64,000 nt of DNA from Mustelus asterias. Its lineage: Eukaryota. Both the position numbers and the translations under genes were made by a program. Under the pieces are notes generated by a model. That model did not search any database, was not told the origin of the DNA, and saw only the letters and a program-made list of their open reading frames with translations. This document shows, piece after piece, positions 23,001-36,137 of this stretch (its first letter is position 1; the number at the start of each line of letters is the position of its first letter). The stretch spans positions 83,824,001 to 83,888,000 of the forward strand of contig NC_135814.1 of NCBI RefSeq assembly GCF_964213995.1, written 5' to 3'.

Positions 23001-23890
23001 AAGGGTTATGGGGATCAGGCGGGTAAGTGGTACTGATCCACGTCAGATCAGCCATGATCTTATTGAATGGCGGGGCAGGCTCGAGGGGCTAGATGGCCTA
23101 CTCCTGCTCCTATTTCTTATGTTCTTATGTTCTTATGTTCTTATACATGGGTTGAAAGTGTAAAGAGAAAACAATAATATTATTAGAAGTTGGTTTGCAT
23201 TATGCAACTATTTAGAGCTAAAAGCCCTGGAGTTGCTGGTTTGATTGTAAGTATACTCTTTTTAATGAGATTGAAAATGTTAGGCCTTATTAATAGACAT
23301 TCTATCCAATTGCAATATTCTATTACTCAGTGAGGTAGAAAGACCATCAGTTCCCAATGTGGAACAGAAATTAACATTAATATGAAAATAAATCTGTAAG
23401 GCCCAACTGGAATCCAGCCTGAAAATAATGTTCGAAAGAGTTCACCATTTTTTGTAACACTTTGAAGGAGGGATGCATGGGAATTTAGTCAACAGATAAT
23501 GAATTCAATTGTTCGGTAATATCATTTACGACTCTTCATTTATTCCCTGCTCCACAGAAGGCTGCCTTTCTAATTGTTAAGTCCATTACACATGTGGTGT
23601 TATTTCTATTCCAGTACCGAGGTGGCAACTACAGAATGAAGATTTACGAGAGGCCTGACTTTGGGGGACAGATGATGGAATTCATGGATGACTGTCCCTC
23701 TGTCTACGATCGTTTCCGTCACCGTGACATTCACTCCTCCCATGTGATGGACGGTTACTGGACCTTCTATGAACATCCCAACTACAGAGGCCGACAGTAC
23801 TTCATGAGACCCGGTGAATACAAGAGATACAGTGACTGGGGCGGCTACAACTCAACTATCGGATCTTTCAGACGCATGAGAGAATTCTAG
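17091..23890 (+). CDS. Gamma-crystallin g3, join(17091..17099,17193..17435,23615..23890), 175 aa
   Basis: Same exon structure and splice sites as g2, with an open frame. Exon 2 ends SYPY, exon 3 starts YRGGN. Confidence 0.95.
17628..21008 (+). mobile_element. CR1-A in g3 intron 2 (ORF1 remnant + APE + RT; premature TAG 20501-20503)
   Basis: ORFs 17622..18035, 17879..20503 and 20525..20926. Candidate TSD ATGTA. Empty site in g6 (caaatgtat^aattaatt). Confidence 0.95.
21054..23143 (+). mobile_element. CR1-B (second family, RT-only, 5'-truncated) in g3 intron 2; premature TAG 21828-21830
   Basis: RT motifs [19 protein letters not shown]. Distinct 3' UTR with a (TTCTTATG)n tail. Candidate TSD TACA. 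Empty site in g6 (cctaca^tggg). Confidence 0.95.
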
Positions 23891-25643
23891 ATTGTTCTTG
23901 ATAAATGTGATTCCTCTTTGCTGAAATATTATTGAAAATAATAAAACCTCCTGTCACTCACAGTCAAGGTTTTCATTTATTTGTGGATTGTTGTGGAGAT
24001 CATTAGAAATTTCCTGGAACTGAATTCTCATCTTCGCCATTTTACACCTGTAATCTCAGCTCATGAATATATCTCATCGGCAAAATGCAGATTTCGGAAT
24101 AAACCTTGTCCATATCGTTAATAATTTAATATATTGACTCAGTGAAATTGAGAGGCTCATCCGAGTCTTCCAACTCTCCATAAATATGGGAATGGTGCCA
24201 GAGAACTGGAACATTGAAATTGTTTTTACAGAAAAATAGTGTAAATCCAGCAGCTACGGTCTTGTCACCTTGTGGTGTGGGAGAACCTTTGCTAATATTG
24301 CCTGGGATCACATTTACAGTTATTTTGCCGAGTGTAGAGTAAGAAAACTCAGCACGGACATGTTAAAGTCAAATCATGTTTATCTTTGGCAAAAGCTTTT
24401 GACAAAGGGTCACATGGACTCAAAACATCAGTTATCTTCTTCCCTGCCAGACCTGATGAGATTTTCCAGCATTTTCTCTTTTCATTTCATGTTTATTTAT
24501 TTTGTTTGGGCATTTATGATAAAATAGCAGATTGGACAGATGAGGGTCATGTGGTTAATGTGGATTTCTAAAGGACAATTGATAAACTGCCACATATTCG
24601 GCATGTCGGCAAAATTGAAGCTAATGAAATATGAGGGAAAGCAGCCACAAACTCACAAAGTTGGCTCAGTGACAGGAAACACGGAGTAATTGTGAATGAT
24701 TACAGACAACCTGAAGCTATACAGTGGGTGTCCTGCATGGGAATCATAACTTCTAGCAAGAAACTATACTTTGTTTTACAGGGCACAATTTCAAAAGACG
24801 CTGCTGACAAAAAACGTGGAGGTATTTTAAACTGTGAGGAAGATACAGATAGACTTTAAGAACATAGAGAGAGGCTGGTGGAATGGGTGAACACATGGCC
24901 AAGACATTCAATGCAGAGAACCCTGAGTTGATTCATTTTGTTGGGAAGAGTGAATAGTGGCAATATAAAAGGAAGCACAATTCTGAAATGTTACACAAAC
25001 TCACAGAGCTGGAGCCATATACACACACATCACTGAATTGAGCAAGTGGTTAAAAAGGCAGACGCGATCATTAGATTTCGAAAAAGAGGAATGGAAAATA
25101 AAGGCAAGAACTTTTTGATGAATTGTTATAAAGCACTGTTTGGGTCTGAACTGAATTCTTATTTCCAATTCTACATAGCGAATTTAGGATGAAGGTAAAA
25201 GTTGTAACAATGGTGCAGAAAAGATTCAGGAGAGTTGTTTCAGGCATGAGGGCCTTCAGTTGGGTGGATAGATTAGAGAAGCTGGGATTGTTCTCCTGAC
25301 AGAAGAGAAGGTTCAGAGATGATTTGATGGGTGTGTTTAAAGTTCTGAGGAGTCTGGACAAATTAAATAGAAAGGTGCTGTTTCCTTTGGTGGATGGGTT
25401 GAGAAACAGAGGACAACCATTTAAGGTGATTGGTAAAAGGAAACCAACATGATGAAAAGCATCGTAAATATTGATCTGTTTTGCATTACTGGACAGCGTG
25501 TTAAAGGTTTCAAGAGAGAACTGTACAAGCACAGGAAGAGAAAAACTTTGCCATGCTTCATGGAATGAGTGAGGTTTGAGAACCATTCATGGTGCTCGAG
25601 CACCAACCGGCACCAATATGGTATCAAAATCTTTGGTGGTGGG

Positions 25644-25940
25644 TGATGCGCGATATAACACACGAGAGGCTGGATGTACTCGGGAAATAAAGGCTTTTAT
25701 TGCCAACAATAACAGAGCTACTATATACAGTATATGATCCCAGACTAAAGGGTCACCAGGCAGAGCAGTGACCTTTATACCTCTCCCAGGAGGCGGAGCC
25801 AACTGGGGTGTACCATAGGACTATATTAACAGGTAGAACAGCCCAACCCTAACCCCAACAGTAAGATATCTACAGACTCATAGTACTGGCCAGACCATGG
25901 CTCAGCACTACCTGGTGGGAACCAACAATGGTTCGCCACA
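25644..25940 (-). mobile_element. Solo LTR, unit 3
   Basis: Copy of 3096-3392 with the GTGGG TSD. Confidence 0.85.
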
Positions 25941-28900
25941 GTGGGCAGTTCAATGACTGCATGAAATGAAGCAGAGATTAATGCCTATGTGTGTGCGAGA
26001 GAGAGAGAGAGAGAGATTGAAAATGTAGCTGTACCAATGATTGAGGACCACCATTCCCCAGGTGTTAGAACTGGTACCATTAAATTATATTGTATACCAG
26101 TTAATTGGAAGAGAAAATAGAAACACAACTGGCTGAAATTTCAAATTGAATCAAGTTGTAATTGCAAATAATGAAGAACAAGTTGGTCACCTACAATGTC
26201 ATGAGATTCGGGAAGTGTAATAAACATTGGAACTTTAAATTAACATAATGTAGCAGAGGAAAGGATCTGGGTGTATTGGTGAATGGCAGTGCTGTGTAAT
26301 GCAAGTACATCTTGGGTTATATTGCACATGGAACTGAAGACAAATCACACTGGCTGGAATGTTCATGGTTTGCAGGAGCTGCCTGACAGGAACATAGGAA
26401 TGGAGGTCATAGGAGCAGGAGTAGGTCATGATCTGAACATAAATAGTGTCATTGCCGATAGAAAGATACTGAATGATACTGATGCAATTGAGAAAGTCTC
26501 AAAGTTGCAAATACTCACTTTGTAACACCCGTTGAATTGCAAACACATATGTAGTTTATAAATGCATGAAGCTGACCAATTGAGGGAAAAATGATCGCCT
26601 CTAGACATTTAATGGAACTGAATTAATAAACCACCATTGTTTTGGTGGCTTGTCCGAGTCTCTCTCCGTCTGAGGCATTAATATCTGAATTTTATTTTGT
26701 TATGGAATTCAATGCCTGATAAGGTGATGGAAAGTACTTCCATAGTAACCTTCAAGATCAGAGTGACACAGAGAAGCAGAATAAAAGGAGGAGGCTGTTT
26801 CGCCCCTCTGGCCAGTCCCACGTGGCTGCTCTGCACCCAATTGCCTTCACCCATTATCTCTCAATACCTTTCGTTAACAAGAATCTATCAATCTCAGAAT
26901 TAACATTTACAATAATCTAACTGCAATTGCTGTTTGTGGAAGAGATTCCCAATCTTCAGTCACCCTGTCTGACTCATTTTTTGTCCATGTCTGAAACTCT
27001 CTCAATACAATATGTTCCATCTATTTGTCCCACCTTTTCTGAATATCTTGAAAAATTCAATCAAATCACCCCTTAACCATCTCAATTGAAGGAATTAAAA
27101 TCCTGCTAAGTATAATATCTCCGGGAGCCCAGGAATATTTCTGATGAAATTATTATACAATCCCTTCAGGGCCAGTTCATTTCTCCTAGGATGTGGTGCT
27201 CAGATCATTCACAGTGGTCCATGTGAGGTTTAACTCAAGCTTTGTTAATATGGAGCATGACTTTTCCCCACTTTTATTTATACCCTCTGGATATAAAGAC
27301 CATCATTCCATTGGCATTTTAATGTACTCTCTACCTGTTGATAAAAATTTAATGATCAAAAATATGGTTCCCAATTCTCCTTGGACTTCCGTTATTTCTA
27401 AATTTTTACCATATGGATCTCTACTTTCAGGTCCAAATTAAATCCCCTCACCTATATTGCCAATATTGAAATCCATTTGCCACAGGTTTTTCTATTTGCA
27501 TAATCTATTAATTTGTATTTTCATGCTTCCATCAAGACTCCTTACAATAATGCCTATCTTGCTGTCATTGGTAAACTTGAATATGTGGCTTTCTATGTCA
27601 TCATCTCGGCTGTTAATAAATACTGTGAATAATTGAGGGTTCAAAACAAATTAAGAGATACCATGAGGTAGATCTTATCATTCTGAAGAACTGCCCATTA
27701 TCCCTTCCCTCTTCTCCTGCCATTCAGTCATTGCCAAAGCAGGTCAATAATTTGCCTTCCCTTGCCTGAACTTCAACTTCGGCTAACGGACTCTTTGAAG
27801 GGATTTTATTTAACGCTTTCTGGAAAACCAGATTGGTAAAATTCATCGATATTTCCCAGTCCATTATCTTAGTCCCAGTTTCAAAACATTCAGTCAGATT
27901 GGTCAGGTATGACCAATGGATTCATGATGGAGGCATCTCCAGCAGATGTGTTTGCTTGAGAATATCTTGGCATCCCAAAACTCCAGCATTCCACTCTTCA
28001 GACAAATAAATTACGCTGCTATGTCTCAAATCGCCATATTTATTTAATTAATTAATGTGTATATTCAATGACTATCTGTTATGATATCAGATTGTTTAAC
28101 TCGCTTAGCTATAAATTTGGTGTATTACATGTACTTTTTTCCAGTCCTTGTTTAACCTCTTGCCGAAGTGTGAGGAAAACCAGACACTTTAAAACTCAAC
28201 AATCACCAGCAATGCCTCTGAACCTCAGTTCTCAGGCCTCACTGACTCTTGCTCCCTCTATCAGACCAATCCTGGTTCTCTAAAGAAGCGGAACAGCACA
28301 TCTTCCCCCACTGCGCCAAATTCACTCACTTACCACATTTCCGGAGTTCAGTAAGTACTCTGTCCAGTTGAACTTCATGCTACTTGTTTTGTTTGATTTA
28401 TCAGCAACTGATAAGCCAACAGAATAAAACGTTACGACCATTTAACCTCCAAGCAAAAGAAAAACTTTCACCAGCGACCGGGGATGAAGGAAATGAATGC
28501 AAGATGACAGTGCCCTCTGTATGGAATGTCCACTTGTACCAAATATCTGACTTAGCACTGTGTCCACAAAGCATTCTGTTGCTCAATGTTCCTTGAATAG
28601 GATCACTCCAGATCTCCTTTTCACCATCAATGATTATTTTTTAAACCACATTCTAAAAATGTCTTTGATCACGCTACCACTGGCCTTTCTATTTCTCTGT
28701 TTACTATTCCAAAATGCCTTCAGCTTAACTGAAACTTAGAAACTAATGAAAGGTCCCACACAACAAAGCGACACTGATTCAAATATGAATTCAATACGAA
28801 CAATAAAATGTTAACAAATATCATCTATGAAATCAAATAGACACATGCAGTGATTAAAGCTTTATGGGCTTTGGAGCACAATGGGAAATCGGATAACACT

Positions 28901-29278
28901 GGCAGCCAATTATATAAAATGGTGTGAATAAAAAATAACTTGTTCAGGATATATACATCTGCCTTGTGGCCAATTCTGGAGTCTACCGCAATCATTACAT
29001 GGACAAATCGGAAACACACCTGATTGAATGTGCAGCATTAACTGTTGGGGAATTTCAGTGTAAATACAGTATCAGGAACACAATGAATACCAATGTCCTT
29101 TTGCCTTATTGACCCAACAATTAAAATGAGGTGGAGGCAAAAAACATTCAATTATACATAGGTTAAAATGGTTTTCTTTAGTGTATGTGGTGTGTTTTGT
29201 TGCTTTTGTGCTGAGTTCAAACTATTGCGATCATTAAAATAACAAAAGTACAGCCCAGGGAGGCAATTCTGTCCAACG

Positions 29279-29284
29279 TCTAAA
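29279..29284 (+). promoter_or_regulatory. Mutated TATA box of g4 (TCTAAA)
   Basis: gtccaacgTCTAAAtacc versus TATAAA at the same position in g2, g3, g5, g6 and g7. Confidence 0.7.
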
Positions 29285-29345
29285 TACCAAGCTGTGTGCA
29301 GCGGTGAAACATTCAGTCAGTTAGTCAGCTAACTCTGAGCTCAAA

Positions 29346-32300
29346 ATGGGAAAGGCAAGGATAAATCTGAGATATTATATTATAGTAGAACACTTCTTGC
29401 CAGATTTGACAAGTTATTAACTAATTATTCGGCCATTTTATCCACAGATCATCTTTTACGAGGACAGGAACTTCCAGGGTCGGCACTATGAGTGCAGCAG
29501 TGACTGTGCTGACCTGTCCCCTTACTTCAGTCGCTGTAACTCTGTCCGTGTGGACAGTGACTGGTGGGTGATGTATGAGAGACCCAATTACATGGGATAC
29601 CAGTATGTTCTGAGCAGGGGAGAATATCCTGACTACCAGCGCTGGATGGGATTCAATGACAACATCAGGTCATGTCGCTCCTACCCATACGTAAGTTTCC
29701 TTTGGTGACTTTTGCATGTAACCCGGATGGATGAGTGAAAAATGATAAGTAGTTGGGCAGTTGAGTTTCTTGATTTGAACTGAAGAAATCCTTAGCTGTT
29801 TTACCAATATTTTGTGTGTGGAGCATCTAAATATGCTTAATGTGAAAATGATAACTCATACAAATCATTTTCTCAAATGTATATGGGGGAGGGGGAACAG
29901 TCACAAGTCGTGCTGCACGTCGGCACCAAAGACATAGGTAAGAGAGGGGATGGGGATTTAAAACAGGAATTCAGGGAGCTAGGGTGGAAGCTGAGAGCCA
30001 GGACAAAACAGGTTGTCATCTCTGGTACGTTGCCGGTGCCACGGGATAGCGAGCTGAGGAACAGGGAGAGAGTGCAGTTAAACACATGGATGCAGGGATG
30101 GTGTAGGAGGGAGGGTTTCAGCTATGTGGATAATTGGAACACTTTCTGGGGAAGGTGGGACCTGTACCAACAGGACGGAGTGCACCTGAACCAGCGGGGC
30201 ACCAATACCCTGGGAGGGAAATTTGCTACAGCTCTTCGGGGGGGGTGGCGGGGGGGGGGGGGGGGGGGGAGGGGGTTTAAACTAATTTGTCAGGGGGATG
30301 GGAAAAGGAGTTGTAGTCCGGAGGTCAGTGAGTGTAGTGAGGTACTGGGAAGGGTATCATGGTCAAAGGTGGGTACCAGCAGACAAGAAGGTGGGTTGAA
30401 GTGCGTCTACTTCAATGCAAAGAGCATCCAAAATAAGGTAGGTGAATTTGGGGCGTGGATTGGCACTTGGGACTACGATGTTGTGGCCATTACGGAGACA
30501 TGGGTAGAACAAGGACAGGAATGGTTGTTGGAAGTTCCGGGGTATAGATGTTTCAGTAAGTGTAGGGTAGCTGGTAAAAGAGGTGGAGGAGTGGCACTGT
30601 TAATCAAGGAGAGTGTAACGGCTGCAGAAAGGCATTTTGAATGGGATCTGCCTACAGAGGTAATATGGGCTGAGGTTAGGAATAGGAAAGGAGCGGTCAC
30701 GTTGTTAGGAGTTTACTATAGGCCCCCAAATAGTAATAGAGATGTGGAGCAAGAAATTGCTAAGCAGATTATGGATACGTGTGGGGGTCACAGGGTAGTT
30801 GTCATGGGGGACTTTAACTTTCCAAATATTGATTGGAGCCTTTATAGGTCGAATAGTTCGGATGGGGCAGTTTTTGTGCAGTGTGTGCAGGAGGGGTTCC
30901 TGACACAATATGTGGATAAGCCGACAAGAGGTGAGGCCACATTGGATTTGGTAATGGGAAATGAACCGGGCCAAGTGTTGGATTTGGTTGTGGGAGAGCA
31001 CTTTGGAGATAGTGACCACAATTCAGTGTCTTTTGTTATTGCAATGGAGAGGGAGAGGGCCATGCGGCAGGGCATAGTTTACAATTGGGGGAGAGGTAAT
31101 TATGATGCAATCAGGTGGGAATTAGGAAGCATAGGATGGGAACAAAAATTGTCAGGGAAAGGCACTAATGAAAAGTGGAACTTTTTCAAGGAACAAATAC
31201 TGCGTGTCCTTGATAGGTATGTCCCTGCCAGGCAGAGAGGAAATGGCCGAGTGAGGGAACCATGGTTCACAAAAGAGGTGGAATGTCTTGTCAAGAGGAA
31301 GAAGGAAGCATATGTAAGGTTGAGAAAACAAGGTTCAGTTGGCTCGATGGAGGGTTACAAGTTAGCAAGAAATGAGCTGAAAAAGGGGCTTAGGAGAGCT
31401 GGGAGGGGGCATGAGAAGTCCTTGGCGGGTCGGATCAAGGAAAACCCCAAGGCTTTTTACTCTTATGTGAGGAATAAAAGAATGACCAGGGTGAGGTTGG
31501 GGCCGGTCAAGAACGGCAGTGGGAATTTGTGCATGGTGTCAGAAGAGATAGGAGACGTGATGAATGAATACTTTTCTTCGGTGTTCACCAAGGAGAGGGG
31601 CCATGTTTTTGAGGAAGAGAGGGTGTCACAGGCTGATAGGCTGGAGGAAGTAAATGTTCGGAGGGAAGATGTACTAGCAATTTTGAATAAACTGAAAGTT
31701 GATAAGTCCCCTGGGCCTGATGAAGTATATCCTAGGAGTCTTTGGGAGGAAAGGGATGAGATAGCAGAGCTTTTGGCATTGATCTTTGCGTCCTCACTGT
31801 CCACGGGGGTGGTGCCAGAGGACTGGAGAGTGGCGAATGTGGTTCCTCTGTTTAAGAAAGGGAATAGAAATGACCCTGGTAATTACAGGCCGGTTAATCT
31901 TACTTCGGTGGTCGGTAAGTTGATGGAAAAGGTCCTCAGGGATAGGATTTACGACCATTTAGAAAGATGCAGCTTAATCCGGGATAGTCAGCACGGATTT
32001 GTGAAGGGCAAGTCTTGCCTCACAAATTCGATAGAATTTTGTGAGGAGGTAACTAAGTATGTAGATGAAGGTCGGGCAGTTGATGTCATATACATGGATT
32101 TTAGTAAGGCGTTTGACAAAGTCCCCCATGGTCGGCTTATGAAGAAAGTAAGGATGTGTGGGATAGAGGGAAGTTTGGCCGATTGGATAGGTAACTGGCT
32201 ATCTAACAGAAGACAGAGGGTGGTGGTGGATGGAAAATTTTCGGACTGGAAACCGGTTACCAGCGGAGTGTCACAGGGATCAGTGCTTGGTCCTCTGCTA

Positions 32301-35300
32301 TTTGTCATTTTTATAAATGACTTGGAGGAGGGGGCTGAAGGGTGGATCAGTAAATTTGCTGATGACACCAAGATTGGTGGTGTAGTGGATGAGGTGGAGG
32401 GCTGTTGTAGGCTGCAAAGAGATATAGATAGGATGCAGAGCTGGGCTGAAAAATGGCAAATGGAGTTTAACCCTGACAAATGCGAGGTGATTCATTTTGG
32501 TAGGACAAATTTAAATGTGGATTACAGGGTCAAAGGTAGGGTTCTGAAGAATGTGGAGGAACAGAGAGATCTTGGGGTTCATATCCATAGATCTCTGAAG
32601 GTTGCCGCTCAAGTGGATAGAGCCGTGAAGAAGGCCTATAGTGTGTTGGCGTTCATTAACAGGGGGGTTGAGTTTAAGAGCCGTGGGGTTATGCTGCAAC
32701 TGTACAGGACCTTGGTGAGACCACATTTGGAATATTGTGTGCAGCTCTAGTCACCTCATTATAAGAAGGATGTGGAGACACTGGAAAGAGTGCAAAGGAG
32801 ATTTACCAGGATGCTGCCTGGTTTGGAGGGTAGGTCTTATGAGGAAAGGTTGAGGGAACTTGGGCTTTTCTCTTTGGAGCGGAGGAGGTTGAGAGGAGAC
32901 TTGATAGAGGTTTATAAGATGATGAGGGGGACAAATAGAGTGAACGTTCAAAGGCTATTTCCTCGGGTGAATGGAGTGGTAACTAGGGGGCATAACAATA
33001 GGGTTCATGGTGGGAGATATAGGAAGGATGTCCGAGGTAGGTTTTTTACTCAGAGAGTGGTTGGGGTGTGGAATGGACTGCCTGCAGTGAGAGTGGAGTC
33101 AGAAACTTTAGGAACATTTAAGAAGCTATTGGATAGGCACATGGAGTACTTCGGGATGATAGGGAGGAAATAGCTTGATCTGGGTTTCAGACAAAGCTCA
33201 GCACAACAACGTGGGCCGAAGGGCCTGTGCTGTGCTGTACTGTTCTATGTTCTATATGTACAATTAATTATACTTAAATATTAAAACCATGAAACCTACA
33301 GCAAAAAACAAGGATTGTAAGAAAAGGGAGAACCAGCCGTGGATAACGAAGGAAATAAAGGAGAGTATTAAAATAAAAACAGCTGCGTACAGAGTGGCCA
33401 AAAATAGTGGAGAAACAAGTGATTGGGAAAAATTTAAGAAACAACAAAGAGAGACTAAGAAAGCGATCAAGAAAGGAAGGATAGACTATGAAGCTAGGCT
33501 AGCAATTAATATAAAAAATGATAGTAAAAGTTTTTATAAATATATAAAAAGGAATAGAGTGGCTAGAGTGAATGTTGGACCCTTGGAGGACGAGAGGGGG
33601 GAGTTAATAGTGGGAAATGAGGATATGGCTGAGTCTTTAAATCAGTTTTTTGTGTCGGTCTTCACGGTGGAGGACACAAATAGTTTGCCAAATATTAACG
33701 ATAGAGGGTTGGCAGCAGGAGAAATACTTAATACAATTAATGTTACCAGAGAGGCAGTGCTGGGTAGACTAATGGGACTGAAGGTGGATAAGTCCCCGGG
33801 TCCGGATGGAATGCATCCCAGGGTATTGAAAGAAATGTCAGAGGTAATAGTGGATGCGTTAGTGATTATTTATCAAAACTCGTTGCATTCTGGGGTAGTG
33901 CCGGTTGATTGGAAAACGGCTAATGTTACGCCGCTGTTTAAAAAAGGAAGGAGACAAAAGGCGGGTAACTATAGGCCGGTCAGCTTAACGTCTGTAGTAG
34001 GGAAAATGCTGGAATCCATTATTAAAGAGGAGATAGCAGGGCATCTGGATAGAAATGGTTCGATCAATCAGACGCAGCATGGATTCATGAGGGGAAAGTC
34101 GTGCTTGACGAACATGTTGGATTTTTATGAAGATGTGACTAGGGCGGTTGATGGAGGAGAACCGGTGGATGCGGTGTTTTTGGATTTCCAAAAGGCGTTT
34201 GATAAGGTGCCCCATAAAAGGCTGCTGAAGAAGATTAGGGCACACGGAGTTGGGGGTAGTGTGTTAAAGTGGATTGGGGACTGGCTATCCGACAGGAATC
34301 AAAGAGTCGGAATAAATGGGTGTTTTTCCGGTTGGAGGAAGGTAACTAGTGGCGTGCCGCAGGGAACGGTACTCGGGCCGCAACTATTTACCATTTATAT
34401 AGATGATCTGGAGGAGGGGACGGAGTGTAGGGTAACGAAGTTTGCAGACGACACAAAGATAAGTGGAAAAGTGAATCGTGTGGAGGACGGAGAAGATCTG
34501 CAGAGAGATTTGGACAGGCTGAGTGAGTGGGCGAGGATATGGCAAATGGAGTATAACGTTGATAAATGCGAGATTATACACTTTGGAGGAAATAATAACA
34601 AATGGGATTACTATCTCAATGGAAACAAATTAAAACATGCTACCGTGCAAAGGGACCTGGGGGTCCTTGTGCATGAGACGCAAAAGCCCAGTCTGCAGGT
34701 ACAACAGGTGATCAAGAAGGCAAATGGGATGTTGGCCTCTATTGCGAAGGGGATAGAATATAAAAGCAGGGATGTCTTGATGCACCTGTACAGGGCATTG
34801 GTGAGGCCGCAGCTGGAATACTGTGTGCAGCATTGGTCCCCTTATATGAGGAAGGATATATTGGCATTGGAGGGAGTGCAGAGAAGGTTCACCCCCAGGT
34901 TGATACCGGAGATGAGGGGTTTGGATTATGAGGAGAGGCTGAGGAGATTGGGTTTGTATTCGTTGGAGTTTAGAAGGATGAGGGGGGATCTTATGGAGAC
35001 TTATAAGATAATGCGGGGGCTGGATAGGGTGGAGGCAGAGAGATTCTTTCCACTTAGTAAGGAAGTTAAAACTAGAGGACACAGCCTCAAAATAAAGGGG
35101 GGTCGGTTTAAGACAGAGTTGAGAAGGAACTTCTTCTCCCAGAGGGTGGTGAATCTCTGGAATTCTCTGCCCACTGAGGTGGTGGAGGCTACCTCGCTGA
35201 ATATGTTTAAAGTGCGGATGGATGGATTCCTGATCGGTAAGGGAATTAAGGGTTATGGGGATCAGGCGGGTAAGTGGTACTGATCCACGTCAGATCAGCC

Positions 35301-36137
35301 ATGATCTTATTGAATGGCGGGGCAGGCTCGAGGGGCTAGATGGCCTACTCCTGCTCCTATTTCTTATGTTCTTATGTTCTTATGTTCTTATACATGGGTT
35401 GAAAGTGTAAAGAGAAAACAATAATATTATTAGAAGTTAGTTTGCATTATGCAACTATTTAGAGCTAAAAGCCCTGGAATTGCTGGTTTGATTGTAAGTA
35501 TACTCTTTTTAATGAGATTGAAAATGTTAGGCCTTATTAATAGACATTCTATCCAATTGCAATATTCTATTACTCAGTGAGGTAGAAAGACCATCAGTTC
35601 CCAATGTGGAACAGAAATTAACATTAATATGAAAATAAATCTGTAAGGCCCAACTGGAATCCAGCCTGAAAATAATGTTCGAAAGAGTTCACCATTTTTT
35701 GTAACACTTTGAAGGAGGGATGCATGGGAATTTAGTCAACAGATAATGAATTCAATTGTTCGGTAATATCATTTACGACTCTTCATTTATTCCCTGCTCC
35801 ACAGAAGGCTGCCTTTCTAATTGTTAAGTCCATTACACATGTGGTGTTATTTCTATTCCAGTACCGAGGTGGCAACTACAGAATGAAGATTTACGAGAGG
35901 CCTGACTTTGGGGGACAGATGATGGAATTCATGGATGACTGTCCCTCTGTCTACGATCGTTTCCGTCACCGTGACATTCACTCCTCCCATGTGATGGACG
36001 GTTACTGGACCTTCTATGAACATCCCAACTACAGAGGCCGACAGTACTTCATGAGACCCGGTGAATACAAGAGATACAGTGACTGGGGCGGCGACAACTC
36101 AACTATCGGATCTTTCAGACGCATGAGAGAATTCTAG
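29346..36137 (+). CDS. Gamma-crystallin g4, join(29346..29354,29448..29690,35862..36137), 175 aa
   Basis: Intact exons and splice sites. Exon 2 has CSSD and RGEYP variants. The TATA box is altered. Confidence 0.93.
29883..33255 (+). mobile_element. CR1-A in g4 intron 2 (ORF1 remnant fused in frame to ORF2; premature TAG 32748-32750)
   Basis: 957-aa ORF 29877..32750 with esterase, APE and RT motifs. The C-terminal remainder is 32772..33173. Confidence 0.95.
33301..35390 (+). mobile_element. CR1-B in g4 intron 2, uninterrupted RT ORF
   Basis: ORF 33289..35283 (664 aa) and a (TTCTTATG)n tail. Confidence 0.95.

Noticed and set aside
23115-23143. Short tandem repeats (TTCTTATG)n, (TGTTCTA)n, (TTCTATGA)n
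   Set aside because: Normal 3' terminal microsatellites of CR1 LINEs and their SINEs, not CRISPR or independent satellites.
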